A DNA stretch of 64,000 nt, from the NCBI GenBank assembly GCA_963793875.1, contig CAWCBS010000008.1, positions 3,796 to 67,795 on the forward strand, given 5' to 3'. The stretch comes from an uncultured Chloroflexia bacterium (GTDB lineage Bacteria; Chloroflexota; Dormibacteria; Aeolococcales; Aeolococcaceae). This document shows positions 41,605 through 51,256 of this stretch, one piece after another. The notes beneath the pieces were generated by a model. It worked only from the letters and a program-made list of their open reading frames with translations. It searched no databases and had not been told where the DNA came from. The first letter of the stretch is position 1. Each line of letters starts with the position of its first letter. The position numbers and the translations under genes were made by a program.

Positions 41605-42471
41605 TCAGTAGCGGGTCACCTTGAGCGACAGGTCCAGGGCCACCGCGCTGTGGGTCAGGGCCCCCACCGAGATGTAGTCGACCCCCGCCAGCGCGTAGGC
41701 GCGGGCGTTGTTGGGCTGGACGCCCCCGCTCACCTCGACGATGGCGCGGCCGCGGATCAGCCCCATGGCCTCGCGCACCTGGCCCGGCGAGAAGTTGTCG
41801 AGCAGGACGCGCTGGGCCTTGTCGGTGAGCGCCTGCTGCAGCTCCTGGAAGCAGCCGACCTCGATGTTGACGTCGTCGTCCGGGTAGGCCTTGCGGATCG
41901 CGCGGAGCGCCGGGGTCACGCCGCCCACCAGGGCGAGGTGGGTGTCCTTGATCAGGACCGCGTCGTAGAGCCCGAAGCGATGGTTGACGGCGCCGCCGAT
42001 GCGGGTGGCGTACTTCTCCAGCGAACGGATCCCGGGCGTCGTCTTGCGGGTGTCGAGGATGACCGCCTTGGTCCCCTCCACCGCCTTGACATAGCGGGCG
42101 GTCATGGTGGCGATGCCGGAGAGATGCTGGAGGAAGTTGAGGGCGACACGCTCCCCCTTGAGGATGGCGCGCGCCGGCCCGTAGAGGCGGATGACGATCT
42201 GGTCTTCCTGGACCTTGTCGCCGTCCTTGGCTTTGGCGTCGAACTGGACGCGCTCGTCGAGCAGCTCGAAGACCCGGCGCGCCAGGGAGAGCCCGCAGAT
42301 CACGCCGTCCTGCTTGCAAACGACCTTGCCGCGACAGGTCATGGCGGCGGGGATGAGCGCGTCGGTGGTCACGTCGCCGGCCCCGAGGTCCTCCTCGAGG
42401 GCGGCGCGGATCAGCGCGTCGAGATGCTCCGGGGCGAGCGTCTCAGTGATGGGCTGCAGGGTCGCGGACAA
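41605..42471 (-). CDS. nadC: nicotinate-nucleotide diphosphorylase (carboxylating)
   Basis: Blocks LEEDLGAGDVTTDAL, LDTRKTTPG and VEVSGG. I preferred the TTG at 42471, which is preceded by GAGGAGcagaca. The ORF is open to the GTG at 42543. Confidence 0.9.
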   Translation of the reverse strand: MSATLQPITETLAPEHLDALIRAALEEDLGAGDVTTDALIPAAMTCRGKVVCKQDGVICGLSLARRVFELLDERVQFDAKAKDGDKVQEDQIVIRLYGPARAILKGERVALNFLQHLSGIATMTARYVKAVEGTKAVILDTRKTTPGIRSLEKYATRIGGAVNHRFGLYDAVLIKDTHLALVGGVTPALRAIRKAYPDDDVNIEVGCFQELQQALTDKAQRVLLDNFSPGQVREAMGLIRGRAIVEVSGGVQPNNARAYALAGVDYISVGALTHSAVALDLSLKVTRY

Positions 42472-44035
42472 TGTCTGCTCCTCTCTGTGCTCGCATAACG
42501 TGGGACACACGCCAGCGGTCGCTGCTCGTAGGGAAGTCACCACGGTGGTGAGCGCCCCGGCTCTCCTCTCGGTTCAGCGCGGCCTCGACGATCAACCGGG
42601 CCGCGGTCCGGGCCAGCCGGCTGCGTCGCGGCGCCAGCCGGGCCGTGCCCTCGTCTCCCCCCTCCGCCATCTGATCGATCGCCCCCAGGGCGGCGGCGAG
42701 GTCGGGACCGGTGCGGCTGATGCCGCAGGCCGACCACATCAGCTCGCGAAGCTCCTGCTCCGCGGCGAGGTCGGCGAGGCGGGTGTCGACGCTGAGGGCC
42801 GGCAGCTCGGTGACCGTCCCCGCGGGCCGGTCGGCGAGCCCGGCCAGGGCCGCCCCAGCGGCGCGGCGCCCGAAGACGAGGCCCTCCAGCAAGGAGTTGC
42901 TGGCCAGCCGGTTGGCACCGTGCACGCCGGTGCGGGCGACCTCTCCGCAGGCGTAGAGGCCGGGCACCGTGGTCGCCCCATCCAGGTCGGTGACCACGCC
43001 GCCGATCGTGTAGTGAGCCGCGGGGGCGATCGGGATGGGTCGCTCGACCGGGTCGACGCCGTGTCCGCGGCAGGTGGCGACCACGGTGGGGAAGCGCTCG
43101 ACGAGCCGCTCCCCGGCCCTCCGGCAGTCGAGGAAGACCGAAGCGCTCCCGCTCCGGGTCATCTCCTCCCAGATCGCCCGAGCGACCACGTCCCGCGGCG
43201 CCAGCTCGCCCCGGGGGTCGGTGTCGAGAAGGAAGCGCCGGCCCGCAGCGTCCACGACCAGCCCCCCCTCACCCCGGACCGCCTCGCTGATGAGGAAGGC
43301 CGGCGCCCCGGGCAGGGCGAGCACGGTGGGATGGAACTGCAGGAACTCGAGGTCGGCCACATCGGCACCCGCCTCGTAGGCGAGGGCCACGCCGTCACCG
43401 GTCGAGCCGGACGGGTTGGTGCTGTGCCGCCAGAGGGCCGCGGCCCCGCCGGAGGCGAGGATGACCGCCCCGGCACCGACCCGCACCCGCGTGCCCGAGC
43501 CGACGTCGCAGAGCTCGAGGCCGACGCAGCCGCTGCCGTCCCGCAGCAGGCGGGTGACCACGTGGTCGGTGACCACGCTGGCCCCGCTCGCGCCCAGCCG
43601 GCGTAGCAGGGCGCGCTCGATGGCCGCCCCGGTGGCGTCGCCCCCGGCGTGGAGGACGCGCGCCCGGCTGTGGGCCGCCTCCTGGTGCAGATCAACTCGG
43701 TCGCCGTCGCGATCGAACTCCACTCCCCAGGCCGCGAGCTCGGCGACGCGCGCGGGCGCCTCCTCGACCATGAGCCGGACCGCGCCCGGGTCGCAGAGGC
43801 CGCGCCCAGCGGCCACCGTGTCGTCGAAGTGCAGCTGCGGCGAGTCATCCGGCCCGACCGCCGCCGCGATCCCCCCCTGGGCGGCGGCGGTGCAGCCGTC
43901 GTCGGTCGGACCCTTGCTCACCACCATCACCCTCGCCCGGTGGGCGGCGGCGAGCGCGGCGGCGAGCCCGGCGACGCCGCCGCCCACCACCACCACGTCG
44001 GGGGCCGCGCCGCTCAGCAGCGTGGATTCGATCAC
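42443..44035 (-). CDS. nadB: L-aspartate oxidase
   Basis: FAD-binding N-terminus [18 protein letters not shown], plus [11 protein letters not shown] and GLYACGEVA. Confidence 0.93.
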   Translation of the reverse strand: MIESTLLSGAAPDVVVVGGGVAGLAAALAAAHRARVMVVSKGPTDDGCTAAAQGGIAAAVGPDDSPQLHFDDTVAAGRGLCDPGAVRLMVEEAPARVAELAAWGVEFDRDGDRVDLHQEAAHSRARVLHAGGDATGAAIERALLRRLGASGASVVTDHVVTRLLRDGSGCVGLELCDVGSGTRVRVGAGAVILASGGAAALWRHSTNPSGSTGDGVALAYEAGADVADLEFLQFHPTVLALPGAPAFLISEAVRGEGGLVVDAAGRRFLLDTDPRGELAPRDVVARAIWEEMTRSGSASVFLDCRRAGERLVERFPTVVATCRGHGVDPVERPIPIAPAAHYTIGGVVTDLDGATTVPGLYACGEVARTGVHGANRLASNSLLEGLVFGRRAAGAALAGLADRPAGTVTELPALSVDTRLADLAAEQELRELMWSACGISRTGPDLAAALGAIDQMAEGGDEGTARLAPRRSRLARTAARLIVEAALNREESRGAHHRGDFPTSSDRWRVSHVMRAQRGADIVRDPAAHH

Positions 44036-44391
44036 GAGGCGGTGGCCTCCGCGAGCACGCGGTTGCGCTCGTCGACCCGCACGATCCGCGGGACGTGCCG
44101 GCTCAGCTCGGCCTCGTCGCAGGCGGCATAGGTGACCACGATCACGAGATCCCCCACTCCACCAAGATGAGCTATGGCCCCGTTCAATCCCATCTCCCCG
44201 GGCTCGCCCTCGATGGCGTAGGTGACCGCCCGGGATCCGTTTGCCAGGTTGAGGATGTGGACCTGCTCGCCGGGCAGGATGTCGGCCAGGCGCATCAGGT
44301 CGCGATCGATGCTGAAGGAGCCCTCATAGTCCAAGTCGGCGCGCGTCACGGTGGCGCGGTGGATCTTGGACTTGACGACGGTGCGCAGCAC
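44032..44391 (-). CDS. panD: aspartate 1-decarboxylase
   Basis: [29 protein letters not shown] contains the Gly-Ser self-processing site. ATGA overlap with nadB. Confidence 0.93.
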   Translation of the reverse strand: MLRTVVKSKIHRATVTRADLDYEGSFSIDRDLMRLADILPGEQVHILNLANGSRAVTYAIEGEPGEMGLNGAIAHLGGVGDLVIVVTYAACDEAELSRHVPRIVRVDERNRVLAEATAS

Positions 44392-44424
44392 GCCTCGCTC
44401 CTCTCCGAATCCGGGCTGATGGGG

Positions 44425-45321
44425 TCAACCCCCCGCGCCGACGGCCAGCCTCTCATCGGTCCCCGGCGTCATCACGTCGATGAGCCGGGTCCCGCCTATT
44501 CTAGCAGCGATCAGAATTTCGCACCGAACGCTCACCTGCCGAGCCGGCTCGAAGGTCTCGGCATCGACCACGGCCACGTAGTCCACGGCCAGGTCGGGAC
44601 TCTCGGCGAGGCGCCCCAGGATCAGCCCGCGGATGCGCTCGGGGTCGGTCTCGCCGGCGCGGTCGGCGTCGACTGCCGCGGCCAGGGCCGCCGGGATGGC
44701 CAGGGCCTGACGCCGGGCGGCGGGGTCGAGGCGGAGGTTGCGGCTGGAGAAGGCGAGGCCGTCGAAGTCGCGGACGGTGGGGCAGACGACGATCTCGGTG
44801 CCCGTGTCCAGGTCCGCGGCGAGACGGCGCACGACCGCGCACTGCTGGGCGTCCTTGTGGCCGAAGTAGGCGCGGTCCGGCCGGGCCGTGACCAGGAGCT
44901 TGGTGACCACCGTGGCCACGCCCTCGAAATGGCCGGGGCGGTGGGCCCCCTCGAGGGACCCCACCAGCACCCCGCGCAGGTTGACCCAGGTGGCGAAGCC
45001 CTCCGGATACATGGCCTGCGCGGTGGGCGCGTACACCAGGTCCACTCCCAGCTCGGAGCAGAGCCGGAGATCGGCCTCCAGGGTGCGCGGGTAGCGGTCG
45101 AGGTCCTCGCCCGGCCCGAACTGGGTGGGGTTGACGAAGACGCTCACGACGGTCCGCTCGCATTCCGCGAGCGATCTGAGGATCAGTGAGCGATGGCCGG
45201 CATGCAGCGCGCCCATGGTCGGCACCAGCCCCAGGCTCTGGCCCGCCGCCCGGATGCGGGCGCATTCCCCGCGCAGCTCGGCCGGGGTCGCGAGCGGCGT
45301 GAGCCGGCGCGGCTCAGCCAT
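44425..45321 (-). CDS. panC: pantoate--beta-alanine ligase
   Basis: Block GLVPTMGALHAGHRSL. The ATG at 45321 overlaps the panB stop by 8 nt. Confidence 0.9.
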   Translation of the reverse strand: MAEPRRLTPLATPAELRGECARIRAAGQSLGLVPTMGALHAGHRSLILRSLAECERTVVSVFVNPTQFGPGEDLDRYPRTLEADLRLCSELGVDLVYAPTAQAMYPEGFATWVNLRGVLVGSLEGAHRPGHFEGVATVVTKLLVTARPDRAYFGHKDAQQCAVVRRLAADLDTGTEIVVCPTVRDFDGLAFSSRNLRLDPAARRQALAIPAALAAAVDADRAGETDPERIRGLILGRLAESPDLAVDYVAVVDAETFEPARQVSVRCEILIAARIGGTRLIDVMTPGTDERLAVGAGG

Positions 45322-46108
45322 ACGAGTGGGCGTCGTCGGGGAAGGTCCCGGCGGCCACCGCCTCGGCATAGGCGCGGGCCGCCGCCACCGCCTGGTCGCC
45401 GAGGGGGGCGAAGACCCTGACGAACTTGGCGAGCGGGTCGCGGGTCAGCCCCAGCATGTCGTTGATCACCAGCACCTGGCCGTCGCAGTCCGGGCCGGCT
45501 CCGATTCCCACGGTCGGGATGGTCAGGGAGCGGGTGATCGACGCCGCGAGGCTCCGCGGGACGCCCTCGAGCACGAGGGCGAAGGCGCCCGCCGCCTCCA
45601 GCGCCCGGGCATCGCTCTCGATCCGGGCCGCCGCCTCCGCCTCCTTCCCCTGCACCCGGTAGCCGCCGAAGAGGTTGACGAACTGGGGGGTGAGACCGAG
45701 GTGGCCCATCACCGGGATGCCCCGCTCGGTCAGCCTGGACACCAGCGGGACCACCCGACCGCCCCCTTCGAGCTTGACCGCGTGCATCCCCGCCTGGAGG
45801 AAGCTCGCCGCGTTGGCGAGGGCTTGGTCGTCGGCCGCGTGGTACGAGTTGAAGGGCATGTCGCCGATCAGGAGCTGATCGGGGGCGCCCCGGGCCACGG
45901 CCCGGGCGTGGTGGAGCATCTCCTCCATCGTCACCGGCAGGGTGGTCCGGTAGCCGAGCATCACCATCCCCAGGGTGTCGCCGACCAGGAGGACCGGTAT
46001 CTCCGCCTCCGCGAGGATCCGGGCGGTGGTGTAGTCGTAGGCGGTGAGCACGGCGAAACGCTCGCCGCGTCGCTTGCGCTCCAGCAGGCTCGGGATGGTC
46101 ACGGCCAT
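45314..46108 (-). CDS. panB: 3-methyl-2-oxobutanoate hydroxymethyltransferase
   Basis: Blocks VLTAYDYTTARILAEAEIPVLLVGDTLGMV and HAVKLEGG. Confidence 0.93.
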   Translation of the reverse strand: MAVTIPSLLERKRRGERFAVLTAYDYTTARILAEAEIPVLLVGDTLGMVMLGYRTTLPVTMEEMLHHARAVARGAPDQLLIGDMPFNSYHAADDQALANAASFLQAGMHAVKLEGGGRVVPLVSRLTERGIPVMGHLGLTPQFVNLFGGYRVQGKEAEAAARIESDARALEAAGAFALVLEGVPRSLAASITRSLTIPTVGIGAGPDCDGQVLVINDMLGLTRDPLAKFVRVFAPLGDQAVAAARAYAEAVAAGTFPDDAHSYG

Positions 46109-47142
46109 GTCGGGTCCTCCGTTGCGTGGGGCGGCAGGGGGTGGGGGCCGGGCCCCGCGCGACGCCCCGTGCCGCGATCCCGGTGCGCGCTCAGCAGGTC
46201 GATCAGCTCCTCGCGCCCCTCGGTCCCGGCGAGGCGCACGATCTCGCGGGCCACGGCGCGGTAGAGGGCTTCGACATCCGGCCGGCCCGCCAGCGCAGTG
46301 AGGTGGGCGGCGACAGTGGTCGCGTCGCCGCGCGCCAGCGGTCCGGTGAGCGCGGCGCGCAGACCCGCCCGGTGGGCGTTCGCGATGGCTCCCTCCATGA
46401 GCGCCAGCAGGCCCTCCTCGGCGGTCGCGGGGTCCAGCCCGGCGGCCTCGAGCAGCTCGGTGGCGGTGGCGAGCAGGGCCAGCGGGGCGTTGCCGGCCAG
46501 GACGGCGGCCGCGTGGTACATGGCCCGGGCTCCGGCCGGCAGCGCCACCGGCACGCCGCCGAGGGCGAGGACCAGGTGGTGGAGCGGCGTTTGCAGGGCG
46601 GGATCGGCGTCGATCGCCATCAGGGAGCCCCGGAGCAGGGGGGCCGACCCTGTGCCGGCCAGCGCCTGGAGGGGGTGCAGGCTGCCCACGGCCGCGGCGG
46701 TGACCCGGAGTGCCGCCACCGCGCCAACCCCAAGGCTGGCACTGCAGTGGACGACGCCGCGGCCGCGCAGGGCGGCGCCGCTCGCCGCGACGCAGCCCGC
46801 CACGCCGGTCACGGCGGCGTCGGGGACGGTGAGGAAGGTGATCTCGGCGGCCCGTATGGCCGCGAACGCGCTCGGCACGGCGCGAGCACCGACCTGCCGG
46901 GCCAGGTCGGCGGCGTGCGCGGGGTCACGGCTGGCGACGGCGACCACCCGGTACCCGGCCGCCGCCGAGGCCACCGCCAGGGCTCCTGCCGCCCGCCCGG
47001 CGCCGACGAAGGCGAGGGTCGCGAGCGGGTTGCCGGCGCTCAGGGACGGCGTCGCCGGCTCGGCCCGCCACACCCTCTCCGGGGTCGGGAGCGGCAACTC
47101 GCCGCCACGCGCGCTCACCGTCTCGGTCACCTCGGGATCCAA
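46099..47142 (-). CDS. Rossmann-fold plus DUF2520 protein (candidate ketopantoate reductase)
   Basis: The N-terminal dinucleotide fold is LAFVGAGRAAGALA. The DUF2520-like C-terminal half reads YHAAAVLAGNAPLALL...LTGPLARGD. It overlaps the panB start by 10 nt. Start choice is uncertain (TTG at 47142 or GTG at 47118). Confidence 0.75.
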   Translation of the reverse strand: MDPEVTETVSARGGELPLPTPERVWRAEPATPSLSAGNPLATLAFVGAGRAAGALAVASAAAGYRVVAVASRDPAHAADLARQVGARAVPSAFAAIRAAEITFLTVPDAAVTGVAGCVAASGAALRGRGVVHCSASLGVGAVAALRVTAAAVGSLHPLQALAGTGSAPLLRGSLMAIDADPALQTPLHHLVLALGGVPVALPAGARAMYHAAAVLAGNAPLALLATATELLEAAGLDPATAEEGLLALMEGAIANAHRAGLRAALTGPLARGDATTVAAHLTALAGRPDVEALYRAVAREIVRLAGTEGREELIDLLSAHRDRGTGRRAGPGPHPLPPHATEDPTWP

Positions 47143-47368
47143 GCGGACTGGTGTGGCCGCTCCCGCCGCGGGCGGTGCGGATCGCCTCGAGGCGCCCCTG
47201 GCGTCCCCGGGCCCCGCGCGCGGTGCGAACGACCGGCTCTCAGTGTAGCGCGGGTTCTGACCGGGGTCGGCGGGCCGCGGGGCAGATCGCCGGTCGGGCG
47301 GCGATCACCGAGGGTGGGCATCCGGAAGCCGAGGGAGCCACGGGAGGCTCGGTCTCCCCCGGCGTTGC

Positions 47369-48055
47369 TCAGATGGGTCGGGGGCGTGGCGCCAGCAGGG
47401 AGATGAGCAGCAGCGCGCCGAAGGCGAGGTCCCAGCCGAGGTCGACGAGGTAAGCGATCGGGTCGGAGGAGATCGCGCTGCCGATGCGGCTGAGCACCAA
47501 GACGACGGAGATGGCGACGAGAACGAGCAGGACGACTCGCATGACCGCGAACTTGGCCAGCCAGACGATGAGCGCGGTGAACGCCAGCATGAAGACGACG
47601 ACGATCGCGACCGCCGGGCCGAGATCCACGGTCTGAGGCACCGCGCCGGCGCTGGCCGGCAGCGTGATGTGACGGAGGAACAGCCCCACGATCATGAGCA
47701 GCGCCGCCGCGAGCAGGCTCGGAACCCCGAGGGCGACGCGCACCCAAAGCACCCAGTCGATGCCCCGGGACGGGTCGGCGGCGATCGTCCCCGGGTAGTC
47801 TGCGGCCGCCCAGCCGGGATAGCCGGGAGGGGGTGGCCCCACGGGGTAGCCGGGCGGAGGCGGGTCGGCGGGGAAGCTGGGCGCGAACTGACCGCTGGGG
47901 TATCCCGGTGGAGGGCCGTATGCGACGGGCTGAGCCAGCGCCTGGTCCACCCGCATCCCGCCGGAGGTGATCAGGGGCGCGCCACAGGCCCTGCACCGTG
48001 TCGATCGTCCGAGCGGCTGCCACAGCCAGCATTGGGAACAGGTGACGTCCGGCAT
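47369..48055 (-). CDS. zinc-ribbon / Pro-rich linker / 4-TM membrane protein
   Basis: The N-terminus is CSQCWLWQPLGRSTRCRACG (CxxC...CxxC). It is followed by PPPGYP-type repeats and then four hydrophobic helices. Confidence 0.6.
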   Translation of the reverse strand: MPDVTCSQCWLWQPLGRSTRCRACGAPLITSGGMRVDQALAQPVAYGPPPGYPSGQFAPSFPADPPPPGYPVGPPPPGYPGWAAADYPGTIAADPSRGIDWVLWVRVALGVPSLLAAALLMIVGLFLRHITLPASAGAVPQTVDLGPAVAIVVVFMLAFTALIVWLAKFAVMRVVLLVLVAISVVLVLSRIGSAISSDPIAYLVDLGWDLAFGALLLISLLAPRPRPI

Positions 48056-48183
48056 CCATCGGAGTCTCCCGCCGCCGGCGAGGCGGCGGCGAACGGCCCG
48101 GTCGCGACTCGGTCGCAGCCCGGCCCCAGCGGGATCGGGGCGGGGTCCGCACTGATGGCGCAGGGCCCGCCGCCCAGCTCAGC

Positions 48184-50082
48184 TCAGACGCTGGCGGCGA
48201 CTGTCCCCAGCTCGGGGCCCGGCGTCTCCTGCCGGCCCTCGAACTCGTCGATGATGCGCTTCATCTCCGCCCCCTCCATGGTCTCCACCTCGGTCAGCTT
48301 GGTGGCCAGGACACGGAGGACGCCCTCGCGGCGACGGAGCACCTCCTTGGCCCGGAGGAAGGCGGTCTCGACCAGGTGGTGCACCTCCTGGTCGATCTCC
48401 GAGGCGATGTCCTCGGAGTAGTTGCGCTGCTCACCCAGGTCGCGGCCCAGGAACACCATCTCCTGGCGCTCACCGAAGGTGCGGGGGCCCAGCTTGTCGC
48501 TCATCCCCCATTCGGTGACCATCTTGCGAGCCAGGTCGGTCGCCTTGCGAATGTCGTCGCTGGCGCCGGTCGTGATGTTGGCCTCGCCCAGGATCAGGTC
48601 CTCGGCGCAGCGGCCACCGAGCATCTGGGCCAACTGGTCGAGGAGCTCGGCCTTGCTGACCAGGTACTTGTCCTCGGTGGGCAGGGAGAGCGTCCATCCC
48701 AATGCCATGCCGCGGCTGACCACTGAGACCTTGTGCACCGGGTCGGTGTGCTCCAGGCTCATCCCGACCAGGGCGTGGCCCATCTCGTGATAGGCGATGG
48801 TGGTCTTCTCCCGGTCGCTGATCATCCGGCTCTTGCGCTCCGGGCCGGCGATGACGCGGGCGATCGCCTCCTCCAGGTGCGGCATGCTGATCAGCTTCCG
48901 GTTCTGGCGGGCGGCCAGGATGGCGGCCTCGTTGATGAGGTTGGAGAGGTCGGCGCCCGAGAACCCGGGGGTCTGCTTGGCCAGCACCTCGAGGTCGACG
49001 CCGGGATCCAGCGGCTTGTTGCGGGAGTGGACCTCGAGGATGGCGCGGCGTCCCCGGATGTCGGGGCGGTCGAGCATGACGTGGCGGTCGAAGCGTCCGG
49101 GGCGCAGCAGCGCGGGGTCGAGGACGTCCGGCCGGTTGGTGGCGGCGATCACGATCACGTGGGTGGAGGTCTCGAAGCCGTCCATCTCGACCAGCAGCTG
49201 GTTGAGGGTCTGCTCGCGCTCGTCGTGACCGCCACCGAGCCCGGCACCGCGCTGCCGCCCCACCGCGTCGATCTCGTCCACGAAGACGATGCACGGCGAG
49301 TTCTTCTTGGCCTGATCGAAGAGGTCGCGCACCCGGCTCGCGCCCACGCCGACGAACATCTCCACGAACTCCGAGCCGGAGATGCTGAAGAAGGGGACCC
49401 CGGCCTCCCCGGCGACGGCCTTGGAGAGCAGCGTCTTGCCGGTTCCCGGCGGGCCGACCAGGAGCACCCCCTTGGGGATGCGGGCCCCGACGGCCGTGAA
49501 CTTGTCCGGGTACTTGAGGAACTCGACGATCTCGCCCAGCTCGGTCTTGGCCTCGTCGACCCCGGCGACATCCATGAAGGTGACCGACGGCTTGTCGCCG
49601 GCCAGCAGCCGGGCCCGGCTGCGCCCGAAGGACATCGCCTGGTTGTTGCCGGCCTGGGACTGGCGCAGCATCCACCAGACGAAGACGATCATGATCCCGA
49701 ACAGAAGGAGGGTCGGGAGGATTGCCTCCAGGAGACTGCTCAAGCCGCTGCCCTCATTCTGATAATTGGTGTAGTCGACCTTGTTGAAGAGGTCGGTGGC
49801 CTCTGCGCTCGAGCCCACCGTGGTTGTGAAAAGGCTCCCGGCGTTGTCATACCAGGTGACCGTGCTCCCGTCACTGCTGATCTGGGTCTGGTCGCCCGAG
49901 CTGTTGGAGATGGCGGTGGGCGCGGTGTGGTCGGAGGCCCATTGTTCCACTGCCGCGGCGAGCTGCCCGCTGGATCTGGTGGCCGCGCTGGAGCCGGGCA
50001 AGCGACCGTAGAAGATCGCCGCGACCACGATGATCGAGAGGAGGAGCAGCAGCCACGTGAAGCCGCGCCGCGAGGTGCGCAT
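48184..50082 (-). CDS. ftsH: ATP-dependent zinc metalloprotease FtsH
   Basis: Walker A GPPGTGKT, the SRH region, and the zinc motif HEMGHAL. The ATG at 50080-50082 was verified. The upstream part of ORF 48184..50388 is Arg/Pro-rich noise. Confidence 0.95.
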   Translation of the reverse strand: MRTSRRGFTWLLLLLSIIVVAAIFYGRLPGSSAATRSSGQLAAAVEQWASDHTAPTAISNSSGDQTQISSDGSTVTWYDNAGSLFTTTVGSSAEATDLFNKVDYTNYQNEGSGLSSLLEAILPTLLLFGIMIVFVWWMLRQSQAGNNQAMSFGRSRARLLAGDKPSVTFMDVAGVDEAKTELGEIVEFLKYPDKFTAVGARIPKGVLLVGPPGTGKTLLSKAVAGEAGVPFFSISGSEFVEMFVGVGASRVRDLFDQAKKNSPCIVFVDEIDAVGRQRGAGLGGGHDEREQTLNQLLVEMDGFETSTHVIVIAATNRPDVLDPALLRPGRFDRHVMLDRPDIRGRRAILEVHSRNKPLDPGVDLEVLAKQTPGFSGADLSNLINEAAILAARQNRKLISMPHLEEAIARVIAGPERKSRMISDREKTTIAYHEMGHALVGMSLEHTDPVHKVSVVSRGMALGWTLSLPTEDKYLVSKAELLDQLAQMLGGRCAEDLILGEANITTGASDDIRKATDLARKMVTEWGMSDKLGPRTFGERQEMVFLGRDLGEQRNYSEDIASEIDQEVHHLVETAFLRAKEVLRRREGVLRVLATKLTEVETMEGAEMKRIIDEFEGRQETPGPELGTVAASV

Positions 50083-50128
50083 CGCAGCCAGTCTATAGCA
50101 GGGGCTCCGAATTGCGCGGAAGGCGCGA

Positions 50129-50824
50129 TCAGGGAGCGTCCGGACTGCCCGGAGGCCGCGAGCTGCGGAGGGCAGCAGGCCGTCCCGGGCCCGCGGGCCA
50201 TGCCACCCCCACCTCGGCCTGGAGGTGCCGCTGGCGCTCGGCCAGGGTGACCAGGCGTCGGCGAGCGGCGGGGAAGACCGCCTCCAGCGCCGGCAGCAGG
50301 TCGTGGCGGACCCGGCTGCGCAGGAAGCGGGGATCTCGATTGCTGGGGTCGTCGACCGGCTCCAGCCCGAGGGCGGCGCAGTAGGCAATCGTGGCCTCCC
50401 GCCAGACCCGGAGCAGGGGCCGGGCCAGCCTGCCCTCCCGCTCGGCCATCGCCCGCAGGCTCCAGGGGGTGGCGCTGGTCAGGAGCCGCATCAGCACCGT
50501 CTCAGCCTGGTCGTCGGCGGTGTGGCCGAGCGCGATCGCGCTGGCTCCGATCCGGTCGGCGACCTCGCCGAGTCCTCGGTGCCGGGCTCGGCGGGCCTGG
50601 TCCTGGAGGGAGGGACCGGCGGGCACCTCGACCGCGATCGCCTCGAACTCGAGCCCGAGGCGCTGGGCCAGGGCGCGCACCGGCTCCGCCTCGGCGGCCG
50701 AGCCGGGGCGCAGCCCGTGGTCGACGTGGACGACGTGGAGGCGCCAGCCCCGCGGCGGTGCGAGCCGGGCCAGGACGTCAGCCAGGGCGGTCGAGTCCGG
50801 CCCCCCGCTGCAGGCCACCACCAC
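50129..50824 (-). CDS. tilS: tRNA(Ile)-lysidine synthase (short form); 5' end uncertain
   Basis: PP-loop [11 protein letters not shown], plus [18 protein letters not shown]. The first canonical in-frame start after the tRNA gene is the GTG at 50824. Conserved-looking residues (ERVAAVGRVRRAAAAAADRRGVLLPGE) extend upstream to about 50908 with no ATG, GTG or TTG. Confidence 0.85.
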   Translation of the reverse strand: MVVACSGGPDSTALADVLARLAPPRGWRLHVVHVDHGLRPGSAAEAEPVRALAQRLGLEFEAIAVEVPAGPSLQDQARRARHRGLGEVADRIGASAIALGHTADDQAETVLMRLLTSATPWSLRAMAEREGRLARPLLRVWREATIAYCAALGLEPVDDPSNRDPRFLRSRVRHDLLPALEAVFPAARRRLVTLAERQRHLQAEVGVAWPAGPGRPAALRSSRPPGSPDAP

Positions 50825-50934
50825 GGTCTCCCCGGGGAGAAGGACCCCGCGGCGATCGGCGGCGGCGGCCGCGGCACGGCGGACGCGGCCGACCGCGGCA
50901 ACACGCTCCGCCGGCGGGAGCCGGTGCGCCGGCG

Positions 50935-51007
50935 TGGCGGTACCTGGATTCGAACCAGGGACATACCGGGTATGAGCCGGGTGCTCTACCACCTGAGCTA
51001 TACCGCC
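50935..51007 (-). tRNA. tRNA-Met (CAT), elongator type
   Basis: Hand-folded cloverleaf: GGCGGTA TA GCTC AGGTGGTA GAGC A CCCGG CTCATAC CCGGT ATGTC CCTGG TTCGAAT CCAGG TACCGCC A. G1-C72 is paired and no CCA is encoded. A lysidine-type tRNA-Ile2 cannot be fully excluded. Confidence 0.88.
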
Positions 51008-51078
51008 GGAGGGGGCGCCGAAGGCCGGTTGCGCGACCCGCGCCGACGCCGGCACCGAACGCCAGGGAGAGGGAGGGG

Positions 51079-51153
51079 TGGTTGCGGCGGCTGGATTCGA
51101 ACCAGCGACCTTCGGGTTATGAGCCCGACGAGCTTCCACTGCTCCACGCCGCG
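51079..51153 (-). tRNA. initiator tRNA-fMet (CAT)
   Basis: CGCGGCG TG GAGC AGTGGAA GCTC G TCGGG CTCATAA CCCGA AGGTC GCTGG TTCGAAT CCAGC CGCCGCA A CCA. It has the C1:A72 mismatch and three G:C pairs closing the anticodon stem. CCA is encoded. Confidence 0.92.
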
Positions 51154-51256
51154 GAGCCAGCATAGCGCGGGCCGCCAACCCCTCGCCGCTGTGGCGCCGG
51201 GGTCGCGCCGGGCCGCCGGCCGCGCCGCGTTCGCGAACCAGAGGCGGGCGGCGGCC

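Noticed and set aside
50935-51007. tRNA-CAT next to tilS as the lysidine-modified tRNA-Ile2.
   Set aside because: The acceptor stem (GGCGGTA) and the anticodon loop CTCATAC (C38) resemble Firmicute-type elongator tRNA-Met rather than Ile2 (usually CTCATAA with a different acceptor stem). I kept it as Met but flagged it for TFAM-type classification.
50129-51178. 349-aa tilS ORF whose N-terminal 80 codons read through two tRNA genes.
   Set aside because: The extension is exactly the reverse-strand image of tRNA-Met and tRNA-fMet. A protein-coding role for that stretch is implausible, so I truncated tilS.
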